Assembly (NCBI RefSeq): GCF_058153355.1
Contig: NZ_CM177019.1
Reading direction: 5' to 3' (one strand)
Length of the DNA: 64,000 bases
Position 1 is the first letter of the stretch. Every line of letters starts with the position of its first letter. Made by a program: the position numbers and the translations under genes. Under the pieces are notes generated by a model that was not told the DNA's origin, did no database searches, and saw only the letters and a list, made by a program, of their open reading frames with translations. This document shows, piece after piece, positions 24,543-39,113 of the stretch.

Positions 24543-25412
24543 TTACCGCTTTCTCGAGTGTGCTTTCTGGTTGTCAAACCAGTGAAAATAACTGATCACG
24601 CCTTCGGCAATCGCTGTGGCGATTTTCTGGCGAAATGCCGCCGTGCCTAACAGCCGCTCTTCTTCCGGGTTGGTGATAAATGAGGTTTCCACCAGCACCG
24701 AAGGAACCGACGGCGATTTCAACACCACAAACGCGGCTTGTTCGGTGTTGCGGCTGTGCAGTTTATGCACCGGCTTAATCTTCTTCAGAATATGCGAGCC
24801 GAGCGTCAGGCTGTTTTTAATAGTATCGGTTTGCACCAGATCAAACAGCACTTGCTGCAATAGGTGATCCTTGTCAGTCGCCTTTTTACCGGCAACTTCA
24901 TCGGCGCGGTTTTCGCGTTCAGACAGGTATTTCGCCATTGCGCTACTTGCCCCACGGTTAGAGAGAGCAAATACCGAAGCACCGGCAGCTTTCGGGTTGG
25001 TAAAGCCATCGGCATGAATTGACATAAACAGATCTGCGCCATGTTTATGGGCGATTTCAACGCGATCGTACAGCGGGATAAACGTATCGCCAGAACGCGT
25101 TAAACGCGCATCAATGCCATGATTACGCAAAATGGAACGGACGTTTTTGGCAATCGCCAGCACCACATGTTTTTCTTTCGATCCATTGCGACCAATCGCT
25201 CCGGTATCAATTCCGCCGTGGCCTGGATCGAGAACAACGACACGTTTGCCGCCGCTTTTTTTGGCTTTCGGCTTACTGTGTCCGTTACTGGTTTTTAAAG
25301 GTTCTTCTTTGGCGATGGCTTGCGACATTCCTGACAACGTCAGGGCAGCCAATCCGGCTTTCAGCACCTGGCGGCGCGAAGTGAGTGTTTTTAGTGGTTT
25401 AAAAGTGCTCAT
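24543..25412 (-). CDS. amiA: N-acetylmuramoyl-L-alanine amidase
   Basis: 289-aa ORF with Tat-like signal (SRRQVLKAGLAAL) and amidase_3 domain. Confidence 0.92.
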   Translation of the reverse strand: MSTFKPLKTLTSRRQVLKAGLAALTLSGMSQAIAKEEPLKTSNGHSKPKAKKSGGKRVVVLDPGHGGIDTGAIGRNGSKEKHVVLAIAKNVRSILRNHGIDARLTRSGDTFIPLYDRVEIAHKHGADLFMSIHADGFTNPKAAGASVFALSNRGASSAMAKYLSERENRADEVAGKKATDKDHLLQQVLFDLVQTDTIKNSLTLGSHILKKIKPVHKLHSRNTEQAAFVVLKSPSVPSVLVETSFITNPEEERLLGTAAFRQKIATAIAEGVISYFHWFDNQKAHSRKR

Positions 25413-25625
25413 ACGGCCTGAGTTGTAATAATAAAGTTCCAGATGTTATATCGTATCGCGTAATCCGTTACGACCGTTTGCTGTTGAGAATTGTTTTACT
25501 TTTCATTTCAATAGTTGACAACTCCCCATTATGCCACTTTTTCAACCGATTTTCGTCAGATATTGGCTAATTCGACCGTTCACGCCATAATCAGCCTTTT
25601 AACCCGCAAAAAGGTAACGAATACC

Positions 25626-26051
25626 ATGGAGATACGCGTATTTCGCCAGGAAGATTTCGAAGAGGTCATCACCCTTTGGGAGCGTTGCGACTTGCTGCGT
25701 CCGTGGAACGATCCGGAAATGGACATCGAGCGCAAAATGAACCATGACGTCAGTCTGTTTCTGGTCGCTGAGGTAAACGGTGAAGTGGTCGGAACGGTGA
25801 TGGGCGGTTATGACGGGCATCGCGGGTCTGCTTATTATCTTGGCGTGCATCCAGAGTTTCGTGGGCGTGGGATTGCTAATGCGTTGCTTAATCGGCTGGA
25901 GAAAAAGCTGATTGCTCGCGGCTGCCCGAAAATTCAGATCAATGTGCCGGAAGATAACGACATGGTGCTCGGAATGTATGAACGCCTTGGATATGAACAC
26001 GCCGACGTGCTGAGTCTGGGCAAGCGTTTGATTGAAGATGAAGAGTACTGA
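25626..26051 (+). CDS. ypeA: GNAT-family N-acetyltransferase
   Basis: [24 protein letters not shown]...; 141 aa from internal Met of the track ORF. Confidence 0.88.
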
Positions 26052-26487
26052 GTTTCATCCTGCCCATTATGATGCGCACGGACGCCTGCGTTTACCTTTT
26101 CTCTTCTGGCTTGTGCTGTTGCTTCAGGCGCGAACCTGGGTGCTGTTTGTCATTGCCGGTGCGTCGCGCGAGCAGGGTACTGCGCTGCTAAATCTGTTTT
26201 ATCCCGATCACGATAATTTCTGGCTGGGGTTGATTCCCGGTATTCCGGCGGTGCTGGCGTTTTTGCTGAGTGGTCGGCGGGCTTCATTTCCCCGTATCTG
26301 GCATGTGCTCTATTTTCTGTTGCTGTTGGCGCAGGTGGTTTTACTTTGCTGGCAACCGTGGCTGTGGCTGAACGGTGAATCCGTTAGCGGTATCGGTCTG
26401 GCGCTGGTAGTGGCGGATATTGTGGCGTTAATCTGGCTGCTGACCAATCGACGTTTACGCGCTTGTTTTAATGAAGAAAAAGAATAA
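26032..26487 (+). CDS. yfeZ: inner membrane protein YfeZ
   Basis: 151-aa hydrophobic ORF; synteny; exact start uncertain. Confidence 0.8.
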
Positions 26488-26547
26488 CGGCACTTTTTGG
26501 TGAATTTGCACTCCAAGCAACGTTATTGAATAACCAAAGGAAGTGAC

Positions 26548-27123
26548 ATGAAATCGCTGCGTTTAATGTTATGCGCTATGCCGTTGATGCTGACCGGCTG
26601 TTCAACGATGTCGTCAGTTAACTGGTCTGCCGCTAATCCGTGGAACTGGTTTGGGTCGTCCACCAAAGTGAGCGAGCAGGGCGTGGGTGAATTAACGGCG
26701 TCCACACCACTGCAAGAACAAGCTATTGCCGATGCGCTTGATGGTGATTATCGCCTGCGCAGCGGAATGAAAACCGCGAACGGCAACGTGGTGCGCTTTT
26801 TTGAATTGATGAAAGGCGACAACGTGGCGATGGTAATTAACGGCGATCAGGGCACGATCAGCCGCATTGATGTGCTGGATAGCGATATTCCTGCTGACAC
26901 CGGTGTTAAAATCGGTACACCGTTTAGCGACCTTTACAGCAAAGCATTTGGCAATTGCCAAAAAGCTGATGGTGATGATAATCGTGCCGTCGAATGTAAA
27001 GCTGAAGGCAGTCAACATATTAGCTACCAGTTCAGCGGGGAATGGAGTGGTCCTGAAGGGTTAATGCCTTCGGACGATACCTTGAAAAACTGGAAAGTCA
27101 GTAAAATTATCTGGCGGCGTTAA
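26548..27123 (+). CDS. yfeY: lipoprotein YfeY
   Basis: 191-aa ORF with lipoprotein signal peptide (LMLTGCS). Confidence 0.88.
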   Translation: MKSLRLMLCAMPLMLTGCSTMSSVNWSAANPWNWFGSSTKVSEQGVGELTASTPLQEQAIADALDGDYRLRSGMKTANGNVVRFFELMKGDNVAMVINGDQGTISRIDVLDSDIPADTGVKIGTPFSDLYSKAFGNCQKADGDDNRAVECKAEGSQHISYQFSGEWSGPEGLMPSDDTLKNWKVSKIIWRR

Positions 27124-27134
27124 TTTGCGTCTGA

Positions 27135-28118
<984 letters not shown>

Positions 28119-28175
28119 GCGCTTCTGATTCAATGATTAAAGGCCAGCCAGTAACACAACTGGCTGGCCTTTTTA

Positions 28176-29480
28176 TTACTTCTGCTTTAACGCCGCATAC
28201 ACCTGATCCACCACCCAACCATAAGTTGCAATCGGTAACTGACCGCTTTCGAACATATTGGGATTCTTTTGTGGATCGGCAACTGGCGAATGTGGCTTGT
28301 TGCTTAACATCACAATCGCCATATGATTGACCGGATCGATAACGGTCACCGTCCCGGTCCAGCCCGTGTGACCGTAGGTTTGCGGGCTTGCCAGCGTGCC
28401 AAACGTCGGTGTCATGGTGGCATTACCATTCACGCGCCAGCCAAGGCCAAAAGTGGCGTCTTCCTTAGAGCTGGTGGTGAACATCTTCACCGTTTCCGCA
28501 CTGAACAGCTGCACATCGCCATAGCCGCCGCCGTTCAGCATCGTTTGCATTAACACCGCAATATCGCCGGTATTGGAAAACAAACCTGCGTGCCCGGAAA
28601 CGCCGCCCATCGAATAGAATGCTTTTTCATCGTGCACCTGACCCCAGAGAGTGGAGGTGCGGATATTCGGGAAGTGAATCACGCCATCGCGGGTATTGCC
28701 GTTCAGTTCCGTGGCGGCAATTTGCTGTGGTTTAAAGCCTTTCAGCAGCGGATTAAACACCGTATGCGTCAGGCCGAGCGGGCGATAAATCGACTCTTCA
28801 ACATAGCGGTCAAGCGGCTGACCAGTAACTGACTCGACGATAAATCCAAGCAGCATATAATCGACATCGCTGTAGATATGTTTGCTGCCGGGCTGATATT
28901 CCAGCGGCGTGCGCTTGATCATTTCCAGCGTCTGGCCTTTATCCTGGGAATATAACGCGCCCGCGACGGCTTTATTTGGGTATTGCGGGTCCGCCGGGAA
29001 ACCGCCGCTGTGATGCAGCAGATCAGAAATCCGCAACGTGTTTTTGCCTTTGATGGTGTCATTTGGACTGTCGGCAAATCCCGGAATATATTTCGCAATC
29101 CGATCGTCAGGATGTAGTTTGCCTTCGCTCATTAGCTTTTGTAGGGCGAAGTTAGTGGCGTACATTTTTGTGTTTGAGGCCAGGTCATACAGCGTCTCGG
29201 TGGTTGCTTTTACTGGCTGCTTCATTAACACGCTGCCATCGTACTTTTTCGCCGCGCCCCAGGCTTTGCGATACACAATCTGATTATCTTTAATGATCAG
29301 CAGGTTAACGCCGGGATAACCGGCATCAACTTGCTGGCTAATCCAGCGATCCATCTGGTTAAGCCGTTCCACATTGAACCCTGCTTTCTCTGGCGAACTT
29401 TCTGTCAGAACAGGGTATTCTGCGGCGCTGACGCTACAGCTGACAGCCAGCAGAGAAAAATAGAGCATTGTCCGTTTCAT
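28176..29480 (-). CDS. yfeW: penicillin-binding protein 4B (class C beta-lactamase fold)
   Basis: 434-aa ORF with signal peptide and SxxK motif (ASNTK). Confidence 0.9.
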   Translation of the reverse strand: MKRTMLYFSLLAVSCSVSAAEYPVLTESSPEKAGFNVERLNQMDRWISQQVDAGYPGVNLLIIKDNQIVYRKAWGAAKKYDGSVLMKQPVKATTETLYDLASNTKMYATNFALQKLMSEGKLHPDDRIAKYIPGFADSPNDTIKGKNTLRISDLLHHSGGFPADPQYPNKAVAGALYSQDKGQTLEMIKRTPLEYQPGSKHIYSDVDYMLLGFIVESVTGQPLDRYVEESIYRPLGLTHTVFNPLLKGFKPQQIAATELNGNTRDGVIHFPNIRTSTLWGQVHDEKAFYSMGGVSGHAGLFSNTGDIAVLMQTMLNGGGYGDVQLFSAETVKMFTTSSKEDATFGLGWRVNGNATMTPTFGTLASPQTYGHTGWTGTVTVIDPVNHMAIVMLSNKPHSPVADPQKNPNMFESGQLPIATYGWVVDQVYAALKQK

Positions 29481-29482
29481 AA

Positions 29483-30907
<1,425 letters not shown>

Positions 30908-30910
30908 GGG

Positions 30911-31807
30911 TTATTCCTTGTCTAAAACCTGACGAATAAAGCCGCCGTGTTGATCCAGGCGTTTTTTTGCTTCTGCGGCATCGAGATTTTTCAGCACCAT
31001 CACAATGGCCGTTTTGCAGTTGCGCTCGCAAGCAATTAACGCCGCTTCCGCTTGTTCGGCGTTACATCCGGTGGCGTTTTTAACGATATTGACCTGGCGC
31101 ACATGCAATTTTTCGTTGGTGGCGACCACATCGACCATCAGGTTGCCGAACACTTTGCCGGATTTAATCATCAGCCCAGTAGAAAGCATATTGAGCACCA
31201 GTTTCTGCGCTGTGCCTGCTTTCATTCGCGAAGAACCGGTAACCACTTCGGCACCAACCACCGGAGTAATAGCAAACTCAGCGGTGGTTGAAACGGCGCT
31301 CCCCGGATTACAGGAAATGCCCACTGTGCGGCAACCGAGTTGGCGTGCGTATTCCAGCCCGGCAATCACATACGGTGTGCGACCGCTGGCAGCAATACCA
31401 ACCACTACATCCTGTGTGGTTAAGCCGATATTTTTTAGATCGTTAACGCCACCTTCCCGGCTATCTTCTGCGCCTTCCACCGCGTGCTGAATGGCATATT
31501 CACCGCCAGCAATCAAACCAACCACCAGGCCCGGTTTGACGCCGTAGGTCGGCGGACATTCGCTGGCATCAAGAATACCCAGACGACCGGAAGTCCCCGC
31601 ACCGATGTAAATCAGTCGACCGCCGCCGCTTACCTGGGCGTGGATAACATCGATCGCTGCGGCGATATCCGGCAGTACACGCTCAACGGCAAGTGGTACG
31701 GTTTTATCTTCATCGTTGATAATCCGGCACATTTCCAGCGTTGATACGCGGTCAATTTCAGCCGAAGCGGCATTCGAGCCTTCGGTAATCATCTTTTCAA
31801 GTTGCAT
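30911..31807 (-). CDS. murQ: N-acetylmuramic acid 6-phosphate etherase
   Basis: 298-aa SIS-domain ORF. Confidence 0.92.
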   Translation of the reverse strand: MQLEKMITEGSNAASAEIDRVSTLEMCRIINDEDKTVPLAVERVLPDIAAAIDVIHAQVSGGGRLIYIGAGTSGRLGILDASECPPTYGVKPGLVVGLIAGGEYAIQHAVEGAEDSREGGVNDLKNIGLTTQDVVVGIAASGRTPYVIAGLEYARQLGCRTVGISCNPGSAVSTTAEFAITPVVGAEVVTGSSRMKAGTAQKLVLNMLSTGLMIKSGKVFGNLMVDVVATNEKLHVRQVNIVKNATGCNAEQAEAALIACERNCKTAIVMVLKNLDAAEAKKRLDQHGGFIRQVLDKE

Positions 31808-31970
31808 CGGTGGTGACCTTACTATTTACGATCAAATAATTGCAGATGGATGGAATCATATATCCCGAATTGACAGACTTAAAGGAATCATTGAGTCTAC
31901 ACTCGCAGAGTGTGAAGAGCGTCATAAGAACTTAAGCGGAATTTTTGCTGCCAGCCCAGGAGAGTGGAAG

Positions 31971-32828
31971 ATGTTGTACCTGACGAAAATACGCAATGCA
32001 GAAAGTGAATTTACCGAGAACGAGCAAAAAATAGCTGACTTTCTGCAGGCCAAAGTGAGTGAGCTGAAATCCGTCTCTTCGCGCAAGATGGCGAAACAGC
32101 TCGGCATCAGCCAGTCGAGTATTGTGAAGTTTGCCCAGAAGCTCGGCGCGCAAGGATTTACTGAATTGCGTATGGCGTTAATTGGCGAATACAGTGCCAG
32201 CCGGGAGAAAACGAATGCCACGGCGCTGCACTTGCACAGTTCGATTACCAGTGACGATTCGCTGGAAGTGATTGCCCGCAAACTGAATCGCGAAAAAGAG
32301 CTGGCACTGGAGCAAACCTGCGCCTTACTCGATTACGCGCGGCTGCAAAAAATCATTGAGGTCATCAGTAAAGCGCCGTTTATCCAGATAACAGGCCTGG
32401 GCGGGTCGGCGCTGGTGGGGCGCGATCTTTCATTCAAACTGATGAAAATTGGTTATCGCGTGGCCTGTGAAGCCGACACGCACGTACAAGCTACCGTTTC
32501 CCAGGCGTTGAAAAAAGGTGATGTACAAATCGCTATCTCTTACAGCGGCAGTAAAAAAGAGATTTTGCTATGCGCCGAGGCAGCGCGAAAGCAGGGGGCA
32601 ACGGTGATTGCCATTACTTCACTGACTGACTCTCCGCTGCGGCGGTTGGCACATTTCACCCTCGATACCGTTTCTGGTGAAACCGAATGGCGTAGCTCGT
32701 CGATGTCCACCCGCACGGCACAAAATTCGGTTACCGATTTACTGTTTGTTGGGCTGGTACAACTTAATGATGTCGAGTCATTGAAAATGATTGAGCGCAG
32801 CAGTGAGCTAACACAACGCCTGAAATGA
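31971..32828 (+). CDS. murR: RpiR-family repressor MurR (HTH + SIS domain)
   Basis: [25 protein letters not shown]...; 285 aa from internal Met of track ORF 31716..32828; divergent from murQP. Confidence 0.88.
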   Translation: MLYLTKIRNAESEFTENEQKIADFLQAKVSELKSVSSRKMAKQLGISQSSIVKFAQKLGAQGFTELRMALIGEYSASREKTNATALHLHSSITSDDSLEVIARKLNREKELALEQTCALLDYARLQKIIEVISKAPFIQITGLGGSALVGRDLSFKLMKIGYRVACEADTHVQATVSQALKKGDVQIAISYSGSKKEILLCAEAARKQGATVIAITSLTDSPLRRLAHFTLDTVSGETEWRSSSMSTRTAQNSVTDLLFVGLVQLNDVESLKMIERSSELTQRLK

Positions 32829-32956
32829 TGCATAAAGCAGCGACTGGATTGAGATTTTCCTGAATTAGTGAGCTGATCCGCAGCAATATTTTGTTTATCC
32901 TGTATTTTCAGAGGGAATGGAGTGTAACGCTCTGTATTAACAAGGAGAGCATTAAA

Positions 32957-33748
32957 ATGGGTAAACTCACGGGCAAGACAGCACTGATTACGGGCGCATT
33001 GCAGGGAATTGGCGAAGGAATTGCCAGAACTTTTGCGCGTCATGGCGCAAACCTAATCTTGTTGGATATCTCCCCTGAGATCGAAAAGCTGGCGGACGAA
33101 CTGTGTGGTCGTGGTCATCGCTGTACGGCGGTTGTCGCCGATGTGCGTGACCCGGCGTCGGTAGCCGCAGCTATCAAGCGCGCAAAGGAAAAAGAAGGGC
33201 GCATTGATATCCTGGTGAATAACGCAGGCGTTTGTCGTCTGGGCAGTTTCCTCGATATGAGCGATGAAGATCGCGATTTCCATATTGATATCAATATAAA
33301 AGGCGTATGGAACGTCACGAAGGCGGTGCTGCCGGAGATGATTGCCCGCAAAGATGGTCGCATTGTGATGATGTCTTCGGTCACTGGCGATATGGTGGCC
33401 GATCCGGGCGAAACGGCGTATGCCTTAACGAAAGCGGCGATTGTTGGCCTGACTAAATCGCTGGCGGTGGAGTACGCGCAGTCTGGTATTCGCGTTAACG
33501 CCGTCTGCCCAGGATATGTTCGCACGCCAATGGCGGAAAGCATCGCGCGTCAGTCAAACCCGGAGGATCCGGAATCGGTGCTGACTGAAATGGCGAAAGC
33601 AATCCCGCTGCGTCGCCTCGCCGATCCGCTGGAAGTTGGCGAACTGGCGGCCTTCCTCGCATCCGATGAATCCAGCTATTTAACCGGTACACAGAATGTG
33701 ATTGATGGCGGCAGCACACTGCCGGAGACGGTTAGCGTCGGCATCTGA
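32957..33748 (+). CDS. ucpA: short-chain dehydrogenase/reductase UcpA
   Basis: MGKLTGKTALITGALQGIGEGIA... Rossmann GxxxGxG motif; 263 aa from internal Met. Confidence 0.9.
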   Translation: MGKLTGKTALITGALQGIGEGIARTFARHGANLILLDISPEIEKLADELCGRGHRCTAVVADVRDPASVAAAIKRAKEKEGRIDILVNNAGVCRLGSFLDMSDEDRDFHIDINIKGVWNVTKAVLPEMIARKDGRIVMMSSVTGDMVADPGETAYALTKAAIVGLTKSLAVEYAQSGIRVNAVCPGYVRTPMAESIARQSNPEDPESVLTEMAKAIPLRRLADPLEVGELAAFLASDESSYLTGTQNVIDGGSTLPETVSVGI

Positions 33749-34051
33749 TTCACCTCTGTTTCCTCCCTGCATTTGTGGGGAGGATTTCGTCTTGAACTAA
33801 GTTCACCAGGCTATTTTATTTGTCATTTTGGCCCCGGGCAGTGCTCGAAATCCTCACGTACTATGTGTACGCTCCGGTTTCTCCGCGCTGTTCGTGTCCA
33901 AACTGACTGCAACAATTACGCCTGTTGAACCAAGTTCTTATTCCCTTTTCAACTTCCAAATCACCAAACGGTATATAAAACCGTTACTCCTTTCACGTCC
34001 GTTATAAATATGATGACTAATAGAAAGTCATTTAATTAATAAGGGTGCGCA

Positions 34052-35068
34052 ATGGCCGTTAACTTACTGAAAAAGAACTCACTCGCGCTGGTCGCTTCTC
34101 TGCTGCTGGCGGGCCATGTACAGGCAACGGAACTGCTGAACAGTTCTTATGACGTCTCCCGCGAGCTGTTTGCTGCCCTGAATCCGCCGTTTGAGCAACA
34201 ATGGGCCAAAGACAACGGCGGCGATAAACTGACGATAAAACAATCTCATGCAGGGTCATCAAAACAGGCGCTGGCGATTTTGCAGGGCTTAAAAGCAGAC
34301 GTTGTAACTTATAACCAGGTGACCGACGTACAAATCCTGCATGATAAAGGCAAACTGATCCCGGCTGACTGGCAGTCGCGCCTGCCGAATAACAGCTCGC
34401 CGTTTTACTCCACCATGGGCTTCCTGGTGCGTAAGGGCAACCCGAAGAATATCCATGACTGGAACGACCTGGTGCGCTCCGACGTGAAGCTGATCTTCCC
34501 GAACCCAAAAACCTCCGGTAACGCGCGTTATACCTATCTGGCGGCATGGGGCGCAGCGGATAAAGCTGACGGTGGCGATAAAGCCAAAACCGAACAGTTT
34601 ATGACTCAGTTCCTGAAAAACGTTGAAGTGTTCGATACCGGCGGTCGTGGCGCGACCACTACTTTTGCCGAGCGCGGGCTGGGCGATGTGCTGATTAGCT
34701 TCGAATCGGAAGTGAATAACATCCGCAAGCAGTATGAAGCGCAGGGCTTTGAAGTGGTGATTCCGAAAACCAACATACTGGCGGAATTCCCGGTGGCGTG
34801 GGTCGATAAAAACGTACAGGCCAACGGCACGGAAAAAGCGGCAAAAGCTTACCTGAACTGGCTCTACAGCCCACAGGCGCAAACGATCATTACCGACTAT
34901 TACTACCGCGTAAACAACCCGGAAGTCATGGACAAACTGAAAGACAAATTCCCGCAGACCGAGCTGTTTCGCGTGGAAGATAAATTTGGCTCCTGGCCGG
35001 AAGTGATGAAAACCCACTTCAACAGCGGCGGCGAGTTAGACAAGCTGTTAGCGGCGGGGCGTAACTAA
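34052..35068 (+). CDS. cysP: thiosulfate/sulfate ABC transporter periplasmic binding protein
   Basis: 338-aa ORF with signal peptide. Confidence 0.93.
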   Translation: MAVNLLKKNSLALVASLLLAGHVQATELLNSSYDVSRELFAALNPPFEQQWAKDNGGDKLTIKQSHAGSSKQALAILQGLKADVVTYNQVTDVQILHDKGKLIPADWQSRLPNNSSPFYSTMGFLVRKGNPKNIHDWNDLVRSDVKLIFPNPKTSGNARYTYLAAWGAADKADGGDKAKTEQFMTQFLKNVEVFDTGGRGATTTFAERGLGDVLISFESEVNNIRKQYEAQGFEVVIPKTNILAEFPVAWVDKNVQANGTEKAAKAYLNWLYSPQAQTIITDYYYRVNNPEVMDKLKDKFPQTELFRVEDKFGSWPEVMKTHFNSGGELDKLLAAGRN

Positions 35069-35901
35069 TGTTTGCAGTTTCTTCCAGACGCGTGCTGCCG
35101 GGCTTTACCTTAAGCCTCGGCACCAGTCTGTTGTTTGTGTGCCTGATTTTGCTGCTGCCGCTCTCCGCACTGGTGATGCAACTGGCTCAGATGAGCTGGG
35201 CGCAGTACTGGGAAGTGGTCACCAACCCGCAGGTGGTCGCGGCCTATAAAGTGACGCTGCTGTCGGCGTTTGTGGCATCGATTTTTAACGGCGTTTTCGG
35301 CCTGCTGATGGCGTGGATTTTAACCCGCTATCGCTTTCCGGGCCGCACGCTGCTTGATGCGCTGATGGATTTACCGTTTGCGCTACCAACGGCGGTAGCA
35401 GGTTTAACGCTGGCCTCGCTCTTTTCCGTGAACGGTTTTTACGGCGAGTGGCTGGCGAAGTTTGATATCAAAGTCACCTACACCTGGCTTGGTATCGCGG
35501 TGGCGATGGCCTTTACCAGCATTCCGTTTGTGGTGCGTACCGTGCAGCCGGTGCTGGAGGAGTTAGGCCCGGAATATGAAGAAGCCGCAGAAACGCTCGG
35601 CGCAACGCGCTGGCAGAGTTTCTGCAAAGTGGTGCTGCCGGAGCTTTCTCCGGCGCTGGTGGCGGGCGTGGCGCTGTCGTTTACCCGTAGTCTCGGTGAG
35701 TTTGGTGCGGTGATTTTTATCGCCGGGAACATCGCCTGGAAGACGGAAGTGACGTCGCTGATGATTTTTGTTCGCTTACAGGAGTTTGATTACCCGGCGG
35801 CGAGCGCAATTGCTTCGGTGATCCTCGCTGCATCCCTGCTGCTGCTGTTCTCAATTAACACTCTGCAAAGTCGCTTTGGTCGGCGTGTGGTAGGTCATTA
35901 A
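35068..35901 (+). CDS. cysU: sulfate/thiosulfate ABC transporter permease
   Basis: 277-aa ORF; operon order. Confidence 0.93.
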   Translation: MFAVSSRRVLPGFTLSLGTSLLFVCLILLLPLSALVMQLAQMSWAQYWEVVTNPQVVAAYKVTLLSAFVASIFNGVFGLLMAWILTRYRFPGRTLLDALMDLPFALPTAVAGLTLASLFSVNGFYGEWLAKFDIKVTYTWLGIAVAMAFTSIPFVVRTVQPVLEELGPEYEEAAETLGATRWQSFCKVVLPELSPALVAGVALSFTRSLGEFGAVIFIAGNIAWKTEVTSLMIFVRLQEFDYPAASAIASVILAASLLLLFSINTLQSRFGRRVVGH

Positions 35902-36776
35902 TGGCGGAAGTGACACAGTTGAAGCGTTATGACGCGCGCCCGATTAACTGGGGCAAATGGTTTCTGATTGGCACCGGAATGCTGGTTTCGGCGTTCATCC
36001 TGCTGGTGCCGATGATTTACATTTTCGTGCAGGCATTCAGCAAAGGGCTGATGCCAGTGTTACAGAATCTGGCCGATCCGGACATGCTGCATGCCATCTG
36101 GCTAACGGTGATGATTGCGCTGATTGCCGTCCCGGTAAACCTGGTGTTCGGGATTCTGCTGGCGTGGCTGGTGACGCGCTTTAACTTCCCCGGACGCCAG
36201 TTATTGCTGACGCTGCTGGATATTCCGTTTGCCGTGTCGCCGGTGGTTGCCGGTCTGGTCTATCTGCTGTTCTACGGCTCTAATGGCCCGCTCGGCGGCT
36301 GGCTGGATGAACATAATCTGCAAATTATGTTCTCCTGGCCGGGAATGGTGCTGGTCACCATCTTCGTGACCTGTCCGTTTGTGGTGCGCGAGCTGGTGCC
36401 GGTGATGTTAAGCCAGGGCAGCCAGGAAGACGAAGCGGCGATTTTGCTTGGCGCGTCTGGCTGGCAGATGTTCCGCCGCGTCACGCTGCCGAACATCCGC
36501 TGGGCGCTGCTTTACGGCGTGGTGCTGACCAACGCCCGCGCGATAGGCGAGTTTGGCGCGGTGTCGGTGGTATCCGGCTCGATTCGCGGCGAAACACTTT
36601 CGCTGCCGTTACAGATTGAATTGCTGGAGCAGGACTACAACACCGTCGGCTCCTTTACCGCCGCGGCGCTGTTGACGCTGATGGCGATTATCACCCTGTT
36701 TTTAAAGAGTATGTTGCAGTGGCGCCTGGAGAATCAGGAAAAACGCGCGCAACAGGAGGAACATCATGAGCATTGA
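35901..36776 (+). CDS. cysW: sulfate/thiosulfate ABC transporter permease
   Basis: 291-aa ORF. Confidence 0.93.
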   Translation: MAEVTQLKRYDARPINWGKWFLIGTGMLVSAFILLVPMIYIFVQAFSKGLMPVLQNLADPDMLHAIWLTVMIALIAVPVNLVFGILLAWLVTRFNFPGRQLLLTLLDIPFAVSPVVAGLVYLLFYGSNGPLGGWLDEHNLQIMFSWPGMVLVTIFVTCPFVVRELVPVMLSQGSQEDEAAILLGASGWQMFRRVTLPNIRWALLYGVVLTNARAIGEFGAVSVVSGSIRGETLSLPLQIELLEQDYNTVGSFTAAALLTLMAIITLFLKSMLQWRLENQEKRAQQEEHHEH

Positions 36777-37863
36777 GATTGCCAATATTAAGAAGTCGTT
36801 TGGTCGCACCCAGGTGCTGAACGATATCTCACTGGATATTCCTTCTGGTCAGATGGTCGCATTGCTGGGGCCGTCCGGTTCCGGGAAAACCACGCTGCTG
36901 CGGATTATCGCCGGGCTGGAGCATCAAACCAGCGGGCATATTCGTTTCCACGGCACCGACGTCAGCCGCCTGCATGCACGCGATCGTAAAGTCGGTTTCG
37001 TGTTTCAGCATTACGCGCTGTTCCGCCATATGACGGTGTTCGACAATATCGCCTTTGGCCTGACGGTGCTGCCGCGTCGCGAGCGCCCGAATGCCGCGGC
37101 GATCAAAGCGAAAGTGACAAAATTACTGGAAATGGTGCAGCTTGCCCATCTGGCGGATCGTTATCCGGCGCAGCTTTCCGGCGGTCAGAAACAGCGTGTG
37201 GCGCTGGCGCGCGCGCTGGCTGTCGAACCGCAAATTCTGCTGCTTGATGAACCGTTTGGCGCGCTGGATGCGCAGGTGCGTAAAGAGCTGCGTCGTTGGC
37301 TGCGTCAGTTGCATGAAGAGCTGAAATTCACCAGCGTGTTCGTTACCCACGACCAGGAAGAAGCGATGGAAGTCGCCAACCGCGTTGTGGTGATGAGCCA
37401 GGGCAATATCGAACAGGCTGATGAACCGGATCAGGTCTGGCGCGAACCGGCGACCCGTTTTGTGCTGGAGTTTATGGGCGAAGTGAACCGCTTGCAGGGA
37501 ACGATTCGCGGTGGGCAGTTCCACGTTGGTGCGCACCGCTGGCCGCTGGGATACACCCCTGCGTATCAGGGGCCGGTGGATCTCTTCCTGCGCCCGTGGG
37601 AAGTGGATATCAGCCGCCGCACCAGCCTCGATTCGCCGCTGCCGGTGCAGGTGCTGGAAGCCAGCCCGAAAGGTCACTACACCCAATTAGTCGTGCAGCC
37701 GCTGGGGTGGTATGAAGATCCGCTCACCGTAGTAATGCGTGGTGATGATGCGCCGGTGCGCGGCGATCGTTTGTTCGTCGGGCTGCAACATGCGCGGCTG
37801 TATAACGGCGACGAGCGTATTGAAACCCGTGATGAGGAACTTGCCCTCGCACAAAGCGCCTGA
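36766..37863 (+). CDS. cysA: sulfate/thiosulfate ABC transporter ATP-binding protein
   Basis: 365-aa ORF with Walker A (GPSGSGKTT) and ABC signature ([15 protein letters not shown]). Confidence 0.95.
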   Translation: MSIEIANIKKSFGRTQVLNDISLDIPSGQMVALLGPSGSGKTTLLRIIAGLEHQTSGHIRFHGTDVSRLHARDRKVGFVFQHYALFRHMTVFDNIAFGLTVLPRRERPNAAAIKAKVTKLLEMVQLAHLADRYPAQLSGGQKQRVALARALAVEPQILLLDEPFGALDAQVRKELRRWLRQLHEELKFTSVFVTHDQEEAMEVANRVVVMSQGNIEQADEPDQVWREPATRFVLEFMGEVNRLQGTIRGGQFHVGAHRWPLGYTPAYQGPVDLFLRPWEVDISRRTSLDSPLPVQVLEASPKGHYTQLVVQPLGWYEDPLTVVMRGDDAPVRGDRLFVGLQHARLYNGDERIETRDEELALAQSA

Positions 37864-37935
37864 TAGGTTGAGTGAATGTTAAACGCCCGGAGGCGCTTCC
37901 CGCGATCCGGGCTTTTTAATGGCAAGGTTTTGTAA

Positions 37936-37975
37936 CCTGTAGGCCTGATAAGACGCGTAAACGTCGCATCAGGCA
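37936..37975. repeat. REP element (inverted orientation) downstream of cysA
   Basis: cctgtaggcctgataagacgcgtaaacgtcgcatcaggca. Confidence 0.65.
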
Positions 37976-37997
37976 ACACCACGTATGGACAGAGATC

Positions 37998-38909
37998 GTG
38001 AGTACATTAGAACAAACAATAGGCAATACGCCTCTGGTGAAATTACAACGAATGGGGCCGGATAACGGCAGTGAAGTGTGGTTAAAGCTGGAAGGCAATA
38101 ATCCGGCCGGTTCGGTGAAAGATCGTGCGGCGCTTTCGATGATCGTCGAGGCGGAAAAGCGCGGGGAAATTAAACCGGGTGATGTGTTAATTGAAGCCAC
38201 CAGTGGTAACACCGGGATTGCGCTGGCAATGATTGCCGCGCTAAAAGGCTATCGCATGAAATTGCTGATGCCCGATAACATGAGCCAGGAACGCCGTGCG
38301 GCGATGCGTGCCTACGGTGCGGAGCTGATTCTGGTCACCAAAGAGCAGGGCATGGAAGGCGCGCGCGATCTGGCGCTGGAGATGGCGAATCGCGGTGAAG
38401 GCAAGCTGCTCGATCAGTTCAATAATCCCGATAATCCTTATGCGCATTACACCACCACCGGGCCGGAAATCTGGCAGCAAACCGGCGGCCGCATTACCCA
38501 TTTTGTCTCCAGCATGGGGACGACCGGTACGATTACCGGCGTGTCGCGCTTTATGCGCGAGCAATCCAAACCGGTGACCATTGTTGGTCTGCAGCCGGAA
38601 GAGGGCAGCAGCATTCCCGGCATTCGTCGCTGGCCTGAGGAATATCTGCCAGGCATCTTCAACGCTTCGCTGGTGGATGAGGTGCTGGATATTCATCAGC
38701 GCGATGCGGAAAACACCATGCGCGAACTGGCAGTGCGGGAAGGGATTTTCTGCGGTGTAAGTTCCGGCGGCGCGGTTGCCGGAGCACTGCGGGTGGCAAA
38801 AGCCAACCCTGGTGCAGTGGTGGTAGCGATCATCTGCGATCGTGGCGATCGCTACCTTTCTACCGGGGTGTTTGGGGAAGAGCACTTTAGTCAGGGGGCG
38901 GGCATTTAA
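37998..38909 (+). CDS. cysM: cysteine synthase B (O-acetylserine sulfhydrylase B)
   Basis: 303-aa PLP-enzyme ORF. Confidence 0.93.
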   Translation: MSTLEQTIGNTPLVKLQRMGPDNGSEVWLKLEGNNPAGSVKDRAALSMIVEAEKRGEIKPGDVLIEATSGNTGIALAMIAALKGYRMKLLMPDNMSQERRAAMRAYGAELILVTKEQGMEGARDLALEMANRGEGKLLDQFNNPDNPYAHYTTTGPEIWQQTGGRITHFVSSMGTTGTITGVSRFMREQSKPVTIVGLQPEEGSSIPGIRRWPEEYLPGIFNASLVDEVLDIHQRDAENTMRELAVREGIFCGVSSGGAVAGALRVAKANPGAVVVAIICDRGDRYLSTGVFGEEHFSQGAGI

Positions 38910-38948
38910 GGATTAATAGCATTGGAGGCTGATGACAAACGCAAAACT

Positions 38949-39047
38949 GCCTGATGCGCTACGCTTATCAGGCCTACAAGGTTCCTGTAATATATTGAAT
39001 TAGCAATATTTTGTAGGCCGAATAAGGCGTTTACGCTGCATCTGGCA
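38949..39047. repeat. BIME: two inverted REP elements between cysM and yfeS
   Basis: gcctgatgcgctacgcttatcaggcctaca ... tgtaggccgaataaggcgtttacgctgcatctggca. Confidence 0.65.
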
Positions 39048-39113
39048 TAAACAAAGTGCACTTTGTCAATAATCTGCTTTGTCGGCAGTTGTTGCTGCCG
39101 ACAAATGCAGTTT

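Noticed and set aside
34289-35017. 242-aa minus-strand ORF inside cysP
   Set aside because: Antisense to the periplasmic binding protein gene.
39077-39104. Hairpin ctttgtcggcagttgttgctgccgacaaa downstream of yfeS as a terminator
   Set aside because: On the yfeS (minus) strand the hairpin is not followed by a U-run; it may be a REP-associated or stability structure, so it is not called as a terminator.
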